DNA of 63,951 nucleotides, counting the filler, from Collodictyon triciliatum (lineage: Eukaryota), in assembly GCA_043381765.1 (NCBI GenBank). It is 7 parts of 7 records of this genome, joined end to end, with 100 filler letters (N's around TTAATTAATTAA, not from the genome) between each part and the next. Parts side by side here need not be neighbours in the genome. Positions count along the whole stretch, not along the records: positions 1 to 9,218 come from JBHJMP010003109.1; positions 9,319 to 18,531 come from JBHJMP010003110.1; positions 18,632 to 27,843 come from JBHJMP010003111.1; 4 more parts are not named here. One strand, written 5' to 3'. Position 1 is the first letter of the stretch. Every line of letters starts with the position of its first letter. Position numbers and translations under genes: made by a program. Below are positions 1 through 19,339 of the stretch, piece by piece. Under the pieces are notes generated by a model, which had not been told where the DNA came from, did no database searches, and saw nothing but the letters and a program-made list of their open reading frames with translations.

Positions 1-13
1 AAAAAAAAAAAAA

Positions 14-48
<35 letters not shown>

Positions 49-1228
49 TCGATTTGAGACAAAACGCTGAGAGCTGACTCGACGAGTTCGAAAGGACGGC
101 CGCATAGCTATTGCGACTGAAAGTCAACACATCAGCTCCAAACAACATGATTGCCGCCGCAAGTATGGATAGTACGCTTTTGTGAAATGCATGTTTGGTG
201 GCAGTTTATAAGGACGGGTTCTGTCTGGGCCAAGGCAAAGGCTTGTTTGTCATTTTTGAATTTTAATGAAAATGATAATATTGTATCAATGGGAAATAAT
301 ATAATTGATTATATGAATATAATGAGATTATTACGTATTTTTAACATAATTATATATACTAATTACACTATTATATTATCCAGATTGTTTCTTGGATTCA
401 TCAAAGCTCCTGCTTTCGTCAATCCAGATTTAATTCGATTGTTTTCTGCGCAATAATCTGCTATATATATATATATGCGGGTACACTTTCGTTGCATAAA
501 AAGTGGTGTGGCTTGATAGGGATAGAACCAAGCTCGTCACAACCTTTGTTCTGAAGTTTATCCATTTACAGGCTGAATGAGGCCGAAGAAAAAGAAAGAG
601 AAAGAAAGAAAAGATAAATGAATCAGAGCAACTAATAATGAGTACTATAATCATAATTATCTTGCTACCCGTGGGTCGATGGCTTGAGCCCGAGGCCTTT
701 TTTATACCCCTTTATTATTATTCGTTTCAAAGAGCTCGATGCGTCTTATTGGTAGCTTGTTATACTCGCGGGTATGTGGTACCTGGCGTCTTGATTGTCG
801 GTGTGTCTCGGTGCATAACCTATGTTGCGAAGGGGTGTTTTCAAGTGACTTTTTCGCTCTACGAGTAGGCAGCGTCAGCCTTCTCGGTTTGCGTACGATC
901 AGTTGGCGTTCATTGGCACTGGTTTCTTAGAAGGCGGTCTCGTCCTTCCGATCGCTGGCTTGTTTTTTTTTTTTTTTTTTGAGGGCTTCAGAATGTGGTG
1001 GGTTGGGAAGAAGGAAAGAACCCCAGTGTAATGATATTATTTTTTGGAGAATGTGTCTTTTTTCTCTCAGTGTTTATTATTTCTCAGCAAAAGAGACTTT
1101 TTCTTACTCATTATGTTTCTTTTTTCCCTATTGTTCCTCTCAAGTCTGCCTCAGTGTGATCACCACATATATCCACATTGTGAGGTGTAGAATACATTGA
1201 TCTTTGAGAAGTTTGTCTCACAGCCACG

Positions 1229-1323
1229 AACAAACAAACAAACAAACAAACAAACAAACAAACAAACAAACAAACAAACAAACAAACAAACAAACAAACA
1301 AACAAACAAACAAACAAACAAAC
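1229..1323. repeat. (AAAC)n microsatellite
   Basis: Perfect tetranucleotide run. The same unit recurs at about 9115-9218, 31985-32030, 32598-32662 and 54739-54836. Confidence 0.95.
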
Positions 1324-1508
1324 ATGCTGTGCAAATTTATGACTTACAAGATTACTTTATCATAACAATGTTTACCACATACTATACCTACAAAATCATG
1401 CAATTATAAGCTCCAGCCCGCATATCTTCTTTTGCTTACTCGACTCACACATAGAGCATACAAGGCAGATTACTATTACTATTTGTTTTTCGTGCTTTAT
1501 TTTTGTTT

Positions 1509-9030
<7,522 letters not shown>

Positions 9031-9218
9031 CTATGCATACATTAGTGGGTTTAATAAAGTAAATTTTCGTCCCCGATGAGAATCAAATATTCAATAAAAG
9101 ATGTTAATTTCAGCCAAACAAACAAACAAACAAACAAACAAACAAACAAACAAACAAACAAACAAACAAACAAACAAACAAACAAACAAACAAACAAACA
9201 AACAAACAAACAAACAAA

Positions 9219-9318
9219 NNNNNNNNNNNNNNNNNNNNNNNNNNNNNNNNNNNNNNNNNNNNTTAATTAATTAANNNNNNNNNNNNNNNNNNNNNNNNNN
9301 NNNNNNNNNNNNNNNNNN
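9219..9318. other. Artificial contig linker N44-TTAATTAATTAA-N44
   Basis: The same six-frame-stop linker occurs at 18532-18631, 27844-27943, 37156-37255, 46469-46568 and 54639-54738. Confidence 0.97.
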
Positions 9319-9548
9319 TTCTTTCCTTCTTTCCTTCTTTCCTTCTTTCCTTCTTTCCTTCTTTCCTTCTTTCCTTCTTTCCTTCTTTCCTTCTTTCCTT
9401 CTTTCCTTCTTTCTTTCTTTCCTTCTTTCCTTCTTTCCTTCTTTCCTTCTTTCCTTCTTTCCTTCTTTCCTTCTTTCCTTCTTTCCTTCTTTCCTTCATC
9501 TAGTTCTATTCATATCGAATGAAAAGTGACTTACATCGGTGTGTGCAG

Positions 9549-12500
9549 ATGGAGGAGCTTCCACCACAAATCACAGCACTCAGTAATCTGCAGACTATTT
9601 GGATAAAAAGGCATTCGATATTCACAAAAAGTATACAAAGGGCACCACGCGGCATCACAGATATTCCATGCTGGAACAACCTAGATCATAAAGATTGGAA
9701 AAGCATTCGTGCTTTAGAGCTCTATGAAGTTCCGGTATGTCGCACCATAAATTACCAGAAAAATGATAATAGTATATAAGGATTTTTTTTTAAAACTATT
9801 ACACATGAAACAGGATAGTGAGATGATAATAGACGGATGGGCTCCAAATTCGATTCAAATCAGCTTCTGATCACTTAATTTTTATGGCATGGGAATTTCT
9901 AAATTGCCGGCTAATATCATACGCTTGACTAATTTGTCATATCTCAGCATTAGTAATAATAAAGTAATACATTTTTTTTATTACCTCATAATTTAAAAGC
10001 GACAGAAAACTAATAAAATGAAAATAAATCAGTTCACTGAATGTCCTCAACAACTGTCTCACATGAGTTCCCTCGAGTTTCTAGATTTATCATTCAACAA
10101 GGTTTTCATTTATGTATATAAAATGCGAGATTGTTCAAAACTATCTTCAGTCACCCAGCAATACTATACATTTCTTTAATATATGACTTATTCAAATCCA
10201 AAAAAACCATTTCATCTTGACAATTGAAACAGACAATAGTTTTCTCTGCATGGTTTGGTGCTATGTCTTCGATAAAAAGGCTGAATATATCGCACTGCCA
10301 GGTAAACCAATTTTATAAACTTACCCACCAAAAATTGATTAAATACATAAATTTACTTTCCAAGATAATAAAAAAAAATAATGTAAATCACTATTACAGC
10401 TTACTGGAATCCAAGATTCTATCGCTTGTCTGACAAACCTGGAGAAATTAAATTTCTCTCACAATAAGGCAATATATTTTATTCTGGCCAAATACACGCA
10501 ACAAAGCTTCTGATTATATATTCATATTGATCGTTACTCTAAATTTCCGATATTTTGATTTCTTTAGATACAAGAAATACCTACACTCCTCGCAACCATA
10601 CGAAAACTAAGAACTGGGCTTCATTTTTAGAAAAACCCTATTGAGAATGTTCCATCAAATGTTCTACAGAGAGGCTCTGCGGATGTGTATGACTACCTTG
10701 CATCACTTGGTGATGTTATTCTAAATAAAGAAGCCAGGATTATTTTACTTGGAGAAGGAGAAGCAGGAAAAACGACACTACGGATGTCACTGAAGCGTAT
10801 GAAACCGTGGGTTTTTCAAAGTTTTCCCTCCACAGTAGATCCTAACCGAGGAAGGACGGATGGAATTGAGATAGAGAAAGATGGCATCCTTCTGGATTAT
10901 ACAGAGCCACAGATCGACGCAAAAATATGGGACTTTGGGGGCCAAGACATCTTTCACGCTACTCATCCATTTTTCTTGGCTTGTAACGCATTAATATTGA
11001 TAGTCTACAAAGTGACAGATAAACCTCATCTGACGAGTGTGTCTGAATGGCTAAGCATGATTTCAAGTTTCTGCTCTGGAGCTCATGTCATCATTGTGGG
11101 CACGCACTTAGATAAATTCACAAACCCTATAGAAAGGGATGAGACGAAGGGAAGCTGTGAACAAGCTTACCAGAAATTGAAAGCTTCAGAGTACTACAAC
11201 GGGAAAATAGAATTTTGCGGTCACTTTATGACGAGCAGCAACAATGGTCAAGGTATATTCGAACTGAAAGAACATATTCATTATGAGTTATTGAAGTTAC
11301 TGAATGTGGGGCAATACATACCCAGAATATATAATCAGATGAAGGATTTATTAATTGGTTGGCGAAGAGCCCACCTGTCCGTTTCGATGGAAGATGTGAT
11401 CCATCAAGGCAAAAGTTTCGGGTTAGGTGAGGAAAAAACTAAATCGGCACTTCGATTCCTTACCGACCTGGGCATTATTGTCTGGAATCAAAAAACGTGA
11501 AAAAATAAATGGTACGGTTTTCCTCGACCCAGATATATTAATATCGTGTTTTCGTGAAGTCTTCAACCTAGAAGCAGTCAAAAACACACGAACTCTTAAA
11601 AGAAATCAAATAACCGATATCAAAGGTGTATACGAGGAAAGAGAGCTCGAACAAGCTATGAAGAACATAATCAAATTAAAATCTGGTGCAATATTACCAT
11701 CCTTAGCACCAGATTTTACAGAGAAAATAATAAAGCTCTTTTGTGACTACCAACTCGCTTATTACATCAGCAATACCAAAGTCATTTCCCCCATACTTGT
11801 CGATAATGAAGAACCTAAGGGCGTTTGGGTTACCAATTTATCTGAAGTTAAGGAAGCAGTTCATTACAGTATTCAATACCAACATGAAATACCCAAAAAT
11901 AGCATCAGTCAAATAATCAGTGATATTATAGAGAAGTTGAACACATTCTCTAAAATATTACCTAGTGATTTATTCCTGAGCAAGCAGCGGATGATATTCC
12001 CTTTTTCGTTGTCCAGCAATTCAGAACCCAGGATTGTGATGAAAGAAAAAAACGATTTCGCCGCGTTCATACACTTCGTACCCCTGGTTGCACACTAGGT
12101 ATGATTACTTGATTTTCCCTTTTATTTAATTCAAAAGGTATGTTTACTTGACTTATAGATACCATCGTTAGTTTTTCTTTTATAATCTCTTTTTTTCATT
12201 TATAATAACAATACCTGAAAAATCAACAGGAGGCGCAACATAAATCACAGTATATCAAATTACCCAGCTCACAAAAAATAATAATTATTGTAAAGACCTT
12301 GAAAAAAAAAGAGTTGTACTCTCAAAGCAACTAAATACATCGTGGATGAAGTTGTAAAACCCAATATTGATATAAGAATCCAAGAAGAGGGTATCATTTG
12401 CCCAAAGTGTATCAAAAATTTTCAAAAAAGGAGGAAAGTTTATGACTGTAAATCCTTGCTCAGACCAGATTTTACAAATATAATTGAATCTGGAGTCTTG

Positions 12501-15500
12501 GTTTCTGAAGGTGAAGAAACACGCTCAGCTTTATACGAATATCCTAGCCTTCCTGGTGAATGGAGTCCATTCCATCAAAGTGTCAAATGTAGTAACACCG
12601 AAGCACACGAAATCAAACAGGCTGAATACATGGAGTTGAAGCTTCCCACAAATACTTTGCGCTTGCATTATGCCGGAACAAAACCTGTGGAAGGAAAAAA
12701 ATTAGATGAAGGTACAAAAAAGATTCACATTTTCCTCTAATCTACATTCAAGGACATGAAGCAAGTTCGAGAGAGTTTCTGCAGATACGTACAACCGCAG
12801 TAAAGATATAATAAGAATCATAATCATTAGTAACATGATTGGTTTCATAAATTTGTCTATATAGTTTTATCATTTTTTTCAAATAATAATACAAAAACTG
12901 AGAATAAAGCTGCGTATCTTCATAGCATAATTAATGCTGCTCGTCAACGGGGTATTGAAGTTCGATTCATCGATTTAAGATGGGGCATTTCACCAGAACA
13001 ATCGGAAAAAGGAAAGGTATTCACTTTTACCAATTAATATATGTTTTGGGGATATTCAGAGTACGAGCGTATCTAGATATCAGTACATTATGAAATAACA
13101 CTCACAGGCTCTAAACAGACGATGCATGAATGCCTTGGGGGTGTCGAAAAATCAAAATATTTCGTGTGCTTCCTGGGCTCTAGGTTTGGATAATTGATAA
13201 AAATGGGCTGCATTACACAAATGTTAGATTTCCCCTTGTATTAAGTTCTAAGGTTTTTTTGAAAATTGCAAACTTCTGCTCCCAACTAATTATGCAGGTA
13301 CGGGTGGATTCCAAGAAGAGACGACTCAACAGAATGGAATGGGAGAATAAACGATGAATTTCCTTGGGTCAATTACTATCCAACTGCTAGCGCTACAGAG
13401 CTGGAGGTATAAAATGGTGATCAGAAATAGAGAGCTTATCATTTTTCAAGGCTCATGTTGGCAATTTTATTGTAACATAAAAATAGATTCGAGCAGCAGG
13501 TTTCATCGAAAACCCTTATGCGTATCGTGTTTTCTTCTACGAAAAGACAAAGGTAAGAAAAAACAAAGGTAAAAAAAGAAAAAAAGAAAAAAGAAAAAAG
13601 AAAAAAGAAAAAGAAAGAAAGAATGCCGTTGAAGTTATCTATCAGTAGTATCATACTTATTAAATGTATTTGATTATCATGAATTTTGGAAAATTTAAAT
13701 TTGGGCTGATGCGTAGGAAAAAAATGAGGACCGAGTAGATGGAGAAAAACAACAAGGACTAATATCTGATATAAAAAGACAGTATCCTGTTTTTGAATTT
13801 AAAAAAGAAAACATCAGTGAACTCGTCGATATGGCAAAACGTCATGTGCTGAACGCGTTAAACGAAGACTTTAAGGTATGTTAGAATTAATTCCATGATA
13901 TAATGAATTGTATGTGTGTGTTGTTGCTACAATCTAAGCCATATATATATATAAATTCCGAGTAAATTGTGCATAATATACCATAGGAACAAGATTTCTG
14001 TGTCATAAATATGGAATACAAGGTTTGATGCACTTTACGTAAAATATAATTCAAAATTCCCTCCGAAGGCTTCATAATCTTTATAATATTTATAAAATGA
14101 CAGATGGACGATGTAAAATTACAGCCTAATGTCGTAATCAGTCGCTTACAATCAAGTTGTCAAGAATATTGCAAGCAGCTATCAGAAGAACAAAAAAGAA
14201 TCATAAACGATGGAGTGAAATCGACATCATCGTTATGTATGGCTAAACAATCAAGTTCTATGATCTTTTGTTTCTCAGCCGAACCAATTATAAAGTTAAA
14301 TATTTCATAATTTCTTAAAGGTAATCTTACTCTACTGCGCTTGGTTTTGTCAGAATTGATTAGCTTCGGTGAGTTTGATAAATTGGACGTCTTTTTACGG
14401 GACATTGTGTTGAAGGCGAATTCAAAAGATTACAACGAACTATTAGAATTTATAATGGGCCAATATGAAAGGCATTATGGTATATCTGTTAATATATTTA
14501 ATAGCTATAATTAAATATATATATTAATATTATAAAATTAGTCCCTTTATCTTCAACTTGTTTCAGGTACAGAGCTCGTGCGATATACAATCACACATTT
14601 TTTGATTACTGATATCGGCATTCGCATGGTCATCCACCAAAAGATGCAGTTTGAGAATCGTCAAGATGAATCGGATATATTCAAATGGTAATCACCTAGG
14701 ACAAGGCATCTACAATATAATTTTGATCTAACGCTTTGTACATTATCTAGCGAAGCTTTCTTCTTTTTACTGGAACATTTTGGGTTTATTCGCTCGGATG
14801 ATAATAGGTTCCTTCTAATACACATGCCTTTAGCTTCAAACTATTTCTTTCAAGGGTGATATTTACACGCATAAGTAATTTATATTTTCTTTCTTTACCT
14901 TTTAGGTATAAGTTTGTAGAAAACAAAATCCTGCGCCCTTTTCTCACGAAGAAATATCTTCAAAGTGAGCCACAAAAACATGGAGCATGGCAAGAGTACA
15001 TCAAATTGCTAGTTTGCGAAATAGAAGAATTACCAAGCCTGAAAGAAACGGGGTCTAAGCTTGTAAACGAGTTGCTTCGAAGCTACCAGAAGCTATTCCA
15101 AAACAGCGGGAATCATTATCATCGTGCGCATGAATCATTTATTGCCCACTTGGGCAAGCAAAAAATTGTTGAGGTATTAAAATTGACTGGAAATGGGTTG
15201 ATGGATGTGATTCAAAAGGAAGCCCGCATGTACAGATTTGAGGACAACAAGATGTTATGGTACAAAGTCCTGTTGGTGCGTTTACGCATTATTGAAAAGA
15301 TAAACCACCCAGCATTTAAAAATATTCGTATTTGTTATGAAAATTTATTGAAGGAATCATGGGCTAGACTAACCGCGTGCACTAAGACTGAATCAATATA
15401 CAGAGCTCCAAACATGCTGCTGCTCATTTAACAGTTTATCTGGAGACGGAGAAACATATGTGGTCACTACTGGAGGAGTGCCTATTAAAATGGGAGAAAG

Positions 15501-15955
15501 GCTTATGCAACTCAGGCATGGAGAACATGGGTACTATATGAATTCACTTTTCATTTATCCAATCACTTACACAGTCCATACTTATTTGGAGTGGATATGG
15601 GTAATATTATGTAATTTGTAATTTTAGAAAAAATGATGAAGCCCACCATAATAAATTCAAATTATAGAAGACCTGGTTATAAAGGAAATGATTTATGTTC
15701 GCCTACACTCCTTGACTTCTAAACAAAGAAAGTATAACAATTTTACTGATGTCGGGTTTCATGTATCGCCCATGTGTTATAATACAATCTCACAAAAAAT
15801 ATCTGCACTAACTGAAAGGAAATAATACTACTAGATCGAAGCAGGTAATTGAGGGATACGAGGCTAAAATTGTGCATGTGAAAGAACGACAGCATCGATT
15901 GCGGCTGAGGGAGCATGGAATCCTTACACCTGACCCGACATCTGAATACACTTAA
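9549..15955 (+). pseudogene. LRR-Roc-COR (Roco) fused to a DUF4062/TEP1-NPHP3-like domain; inactivated, probably 5'-partial
   Basis: LRR exons; Roc motifs GEGEAGKTT, RTDGIEI, WDFGGQDIFHATHPFFL and IVGTHLD; COR segment ALRFLTDLGIIVW/VFLDP. DUF4062 motifs IFL*STFKDM, RFIDLRWGI, CLGGVEKSKYFVCFLGSR|YGWIP and SATELE. In-frame stops at 10628-10630, 12096-12098 and 12738-12740; frameshifts near 11490 and 12300. Confidence 0.85.
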
Positions 15956-16459
15956 ACCTAACCCTCAAAAGAAATGAAAGAAGGAAATAAGAACCAGGCC
16001 AATCAACTCAATAAAAGGGCAGTTCAAGAACTTCTCGTTTCTTTTCGATAGTTTATTTATCCGTTCATTCGATTCAAAACGTAACAGGGTGAAGCTGTAC
16101 ATAGAATCGATAGGTGTGTGTAACAGAGCAAACTTGAATAGAAGGAGCCCAATAGTTTATTGAGAGAAAATACCACCGATACCGCCTTCGCCTCTAGGAC
16201 AAGAAATCAGCTGTGGACGAGGAAGTGGAAATCCCCGGATTGTGTGGTTAGAGTTTTTGTGTTTTGGGTGGAAGAAAAAGAAAACAGCGAGTAGAAAGGA
16301 GAGGAAGTGTTCTCACACACAGATTTTCTACCCGAAGTGATTCAGCTCCAACGCGATTTCTGGTTGTGTTCGAAACTGATAGAAGAGCGGATGAAGTTGT
16401 CGGGTCGATGAAAGTACGCACATGGAAGTTACTTCAAGAATCGATTCTGACGAGTCCTT

Positions 16460-17050
16460 TCAACCGTCTATCCCAGACAAGGTTTGCATCCTATTTAATT
16501 CCACGGGATGAGTTTTTTGAGGAGACAACGGGTCACTTTCCTTGCGTTTCTTGCTGGGCGACTCTGACAAAAAGCGATACGTCTTTGTTTGTCTGGTATT
16601 ATCGGAAGTGGCGCTTGACCGCCTCCTGGTTTCGGAACCATGCGTAGCCGGCAGTGGACTTTGCTTAACCGGAGTGTGGCTACGCGTTTGTGGTTTTAGA
16701 ACCATAGGCTCCTGCTTGCTCGAACTGTCATTGGTGTGTGAAGTTCCAAGCTTGGATTCGACTTGTGGTGTTGGCTCTTGCTCCTTGATTCTCGGTGCGA
16801 CGGTTTGGGGCAGGGTAAACGGACTATCTTTGGTGGGCGCTGGTTCTTGTGTTGCCTTCGCTTTGGAGTATCCTTTCGGATAAGTAACGAAGACTGCCTT
16901 GATGCCTCCTATGTTTAAGCATATTCACGTCAGTCTGAATGGGTATTTTAAGGGGATTTCTTTCGGGGTTTGGAGATGCGCTGCTCTTGGGTCATGCGAC
17001 GTGCGGGCTTGTCCGGCGTTGGCTGGAGGGGCGGGTGCGAAGATTCCTAG
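16460..17050 (-). mobile_element. Possible decayed retroelement ORF1-like fragment
   Basis: GC-richer, intronless frame with one internal stop (…KYPFRLT*ICLNIGGIKAVFVTYPKG, then a P/S/T/K/Q-rich tail). No RT or endonuclease motif is seen. Confidence 0.25.
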
Positions 17051-17104
17051 TCTGCTATGGGGTAACTCGATTCAAAATACGTGCTTGACAGTAAAGATAT
17101 TCCT

Positions 17105-17137
17105 CTGATGAGGGTAACTATACCCGAAACCTATGGA
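17105..17137 (+). ncRNA. Hammerhead ribozyme core, probably decayed
   Basis: CTGATGA-GGGTA(ACTA)TACCC-GAAAC gives exact core boxes and a perfect 5-bp stem II. Stems I and III and the NUH site do not form convincingly. Confidence 0.35.
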
Positions 17138-17544
17138 CATACAAAGACCATATTTACAAAAGCATGAAAATGTCTTACCACCATGACGAGGAAAGCTAAA
17201 CGGGTTGCTAATAGCCATATACTTTCACCTAGATGGCTTCTCAACAAGTCATCTTAAAAATAGTATTATTGTAGGAAAAAACAATTTAACAGACCGGCGA
17301 CTTGAATTGGTAGATTGCAGATATACCCAAAGCCCGACCTTGAGGAGCTTAGCTCAATCAGTAGAGTCCTTCATCGGATACCTTAAAGGAAATAGCAGAA
17401 AAGTTTTCCACGTCCGAATCTTTAAATCTGTTTGGGAATATACATTCAGAAGGAATTGCTGGTAAAAGATGAACAAAATGAACAAATTCTCAAAAGCTTG
17501 AATATGCACTTATTTTTTTGCATGTCTGCATCATATATTGATAC

Positions 17545-17736
<192 letters not shown>

Positions 17737-18420
17737 CACACTTGAGAGTCACAGGAATTATTCTTTTCATCCTCTGTCATCCATGTAAACTTTACCTACC
17801 CTTTGTATAACCCAGCCTCTGATATATTTAAAAGAATATGAAAAATAAATACTTTAACTTATGTTCATTTAGTCCAATAGGACGAGTGCAGTAGCAGATA
17901 AAGAGCTGAGCTAAGATATAATAGTGCAGAAGAAGAAACCACTTCGGTGGCAGCAATTATATGAGCAAAGTGTCCCAAATGGATTATTGGATCCGTGGGT
18001 GGCGGAGGCCAGATATGAAATGGGGGACATATTCCGAATTTTTCACACATTCCTCTTCGCTTGCATTCGAAGTAGTGAAGAATGCAACTGTCTTCCAGCC
18101 AGCCACCCAAGGAGCTGTATTTCACAAGGGTTTCTGGTCTGGATGGATTCGGATTCTATATTCCTTGCTTGGCCGGGTCGTTCGAGGAAGGTAACCTCAC
18201 AGACACAAAAAAAAATCAACAGCATATGTCCACTTGCGGCTATCCACAGCACTTATTTTTGCTTTGTGCTGGTATCTTGAAAGGTGGTGAAGTCGCAAAG
18301 AGCAGAGGCTGTTGAAGTGCTGCGATATTTGGAGTAATAAAGGAATAGTTGTATTTCTGGAATATATTTGACATAATCTTTAAAAATTATCTTGACATTT
18401 ATGATGCTAAACAATATTGC

Positions 18421-18531
18421 TCTTCGATCTCGTCTGGTTTAATTCAACCATCGATCTCTTCGATCTCGTCTGGTTTAATTCAACCATCGATCTCTTCGAT
18501 CTCGTCTGGTTTAATTCAACCATCGATCTCT
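18421..18531. repeat. 36-bp minisatellite, at least 3 identical units running into the contig end
   Basis: Unit TCTTCGATCTCGTCTGGTTTAATTCAACCATCGATC, with no spacers. Confidence 0.9.
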
Positions 18532-18631
18532 NNNNNNNNNNNNNNNNNNNNNNNNNNNNNNNNNNNNNNNNNNNNTTAATTAATTAANNNNNNNNNNNNN
18601 NNNNNNNNNNNNNNNNNNNNNNNNNNNNNNN

Positions 18632-18746
18632 CTTGTATCTCTCATGCAAGCACAAGACCCAGGCTACAGGCCAAACCGCAGGATGCAATTCCTGATAACC
18701 GACTACTTCTCCGCCACCCGGCCACCAAGTAGCGTCCATGCAAACG
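18632..18746 (+). repeat. 115-bp direct repeat, copy 1 (codes LVSLMQAQDPGYRPNRRMQFLITDYFSATRPPSSVHAN)
   Basis: Matches 27460-27574 with 3 mismatches. Confidence 0.9.
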
Positions 18747-19339
18747 GTGGCTCGCGAGTCACAGGCGAAGCCTCCAAAATTTTGCACGAACTGAAAGGAG
18801 GAACAAATACATCGCTCGGTGATACAATGACAAATACGTCATATGAAAAATAAGATAGAAGATAAAAGTTCTTCCTCAGGTAGCTTTTTGCACAAATATG
18901 AAATATTCGCTCTGTGGGCCAAGACCTATCTCACCACACGTAAAAAAAATGCATTTGAATTGCCGAGATTTATCATATAATCGCTGGCAGTGTCAAAGAA
19001 GGATTGTCATTTGTGCAACCAAGCCTAATCAGTTGAGCAACTTGCAAGGCGAAGTTAGAAAGTCATTATTTGCTGTTTTATTTATCCTGGAAAACTGCAT
19101 AAATTCCTGTGGAATTTAATCGCAGTCACACATCCATTTTCTAAGGGATGGCTTTGGGAAAACGGAAACTATTTTTTTTTCTCATTATTCGATTCCAAGT
19201 AAAACGTAGACAATATTTTTGATTTCTGGTGACAGCTGGAAATCCAAGTATCAAAGAAAGAAATAAAAATTTTAAAAAATGAAAAAAGTATCGAACGAAA
19301 AAAAAGTGTAAAAAAAGGGGTCTTATGTTGAAGGAGATT

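Noticed and set aside
71-140. tRNA gene
   Set aside because: The GTTCGA motif is in the 5' arm, and there is no proper D arm, anticodon loop or T arm.
9263-9274. Recurrent TTAATTAATTAA palindrome every ~9.3 kb as a biological motif
   Set aside because: It is always embedded in 44 N on each side, so it is an assembly spacer.
10628-12740. Stop-codon reassignment explaining in-frame TAG/TAA in the Roco gene
   Set aside because: Intact genes here terminate at TAA (SNU13), TAG (WD40 gene) and TGA (Myb), and long ORFs lack internal stops.
16097-16110. GTACATAGAATCGA as an in-window target of the copy B guide
   Set aside because: The match needs two gaps and is short and AT-rich.
18421-18531. 36-bp partly palindromic repeats as a CRISPR array
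   Set aside because: The units are contiguous with no spacers, there are no cas genes, and the context is eukaryotic.
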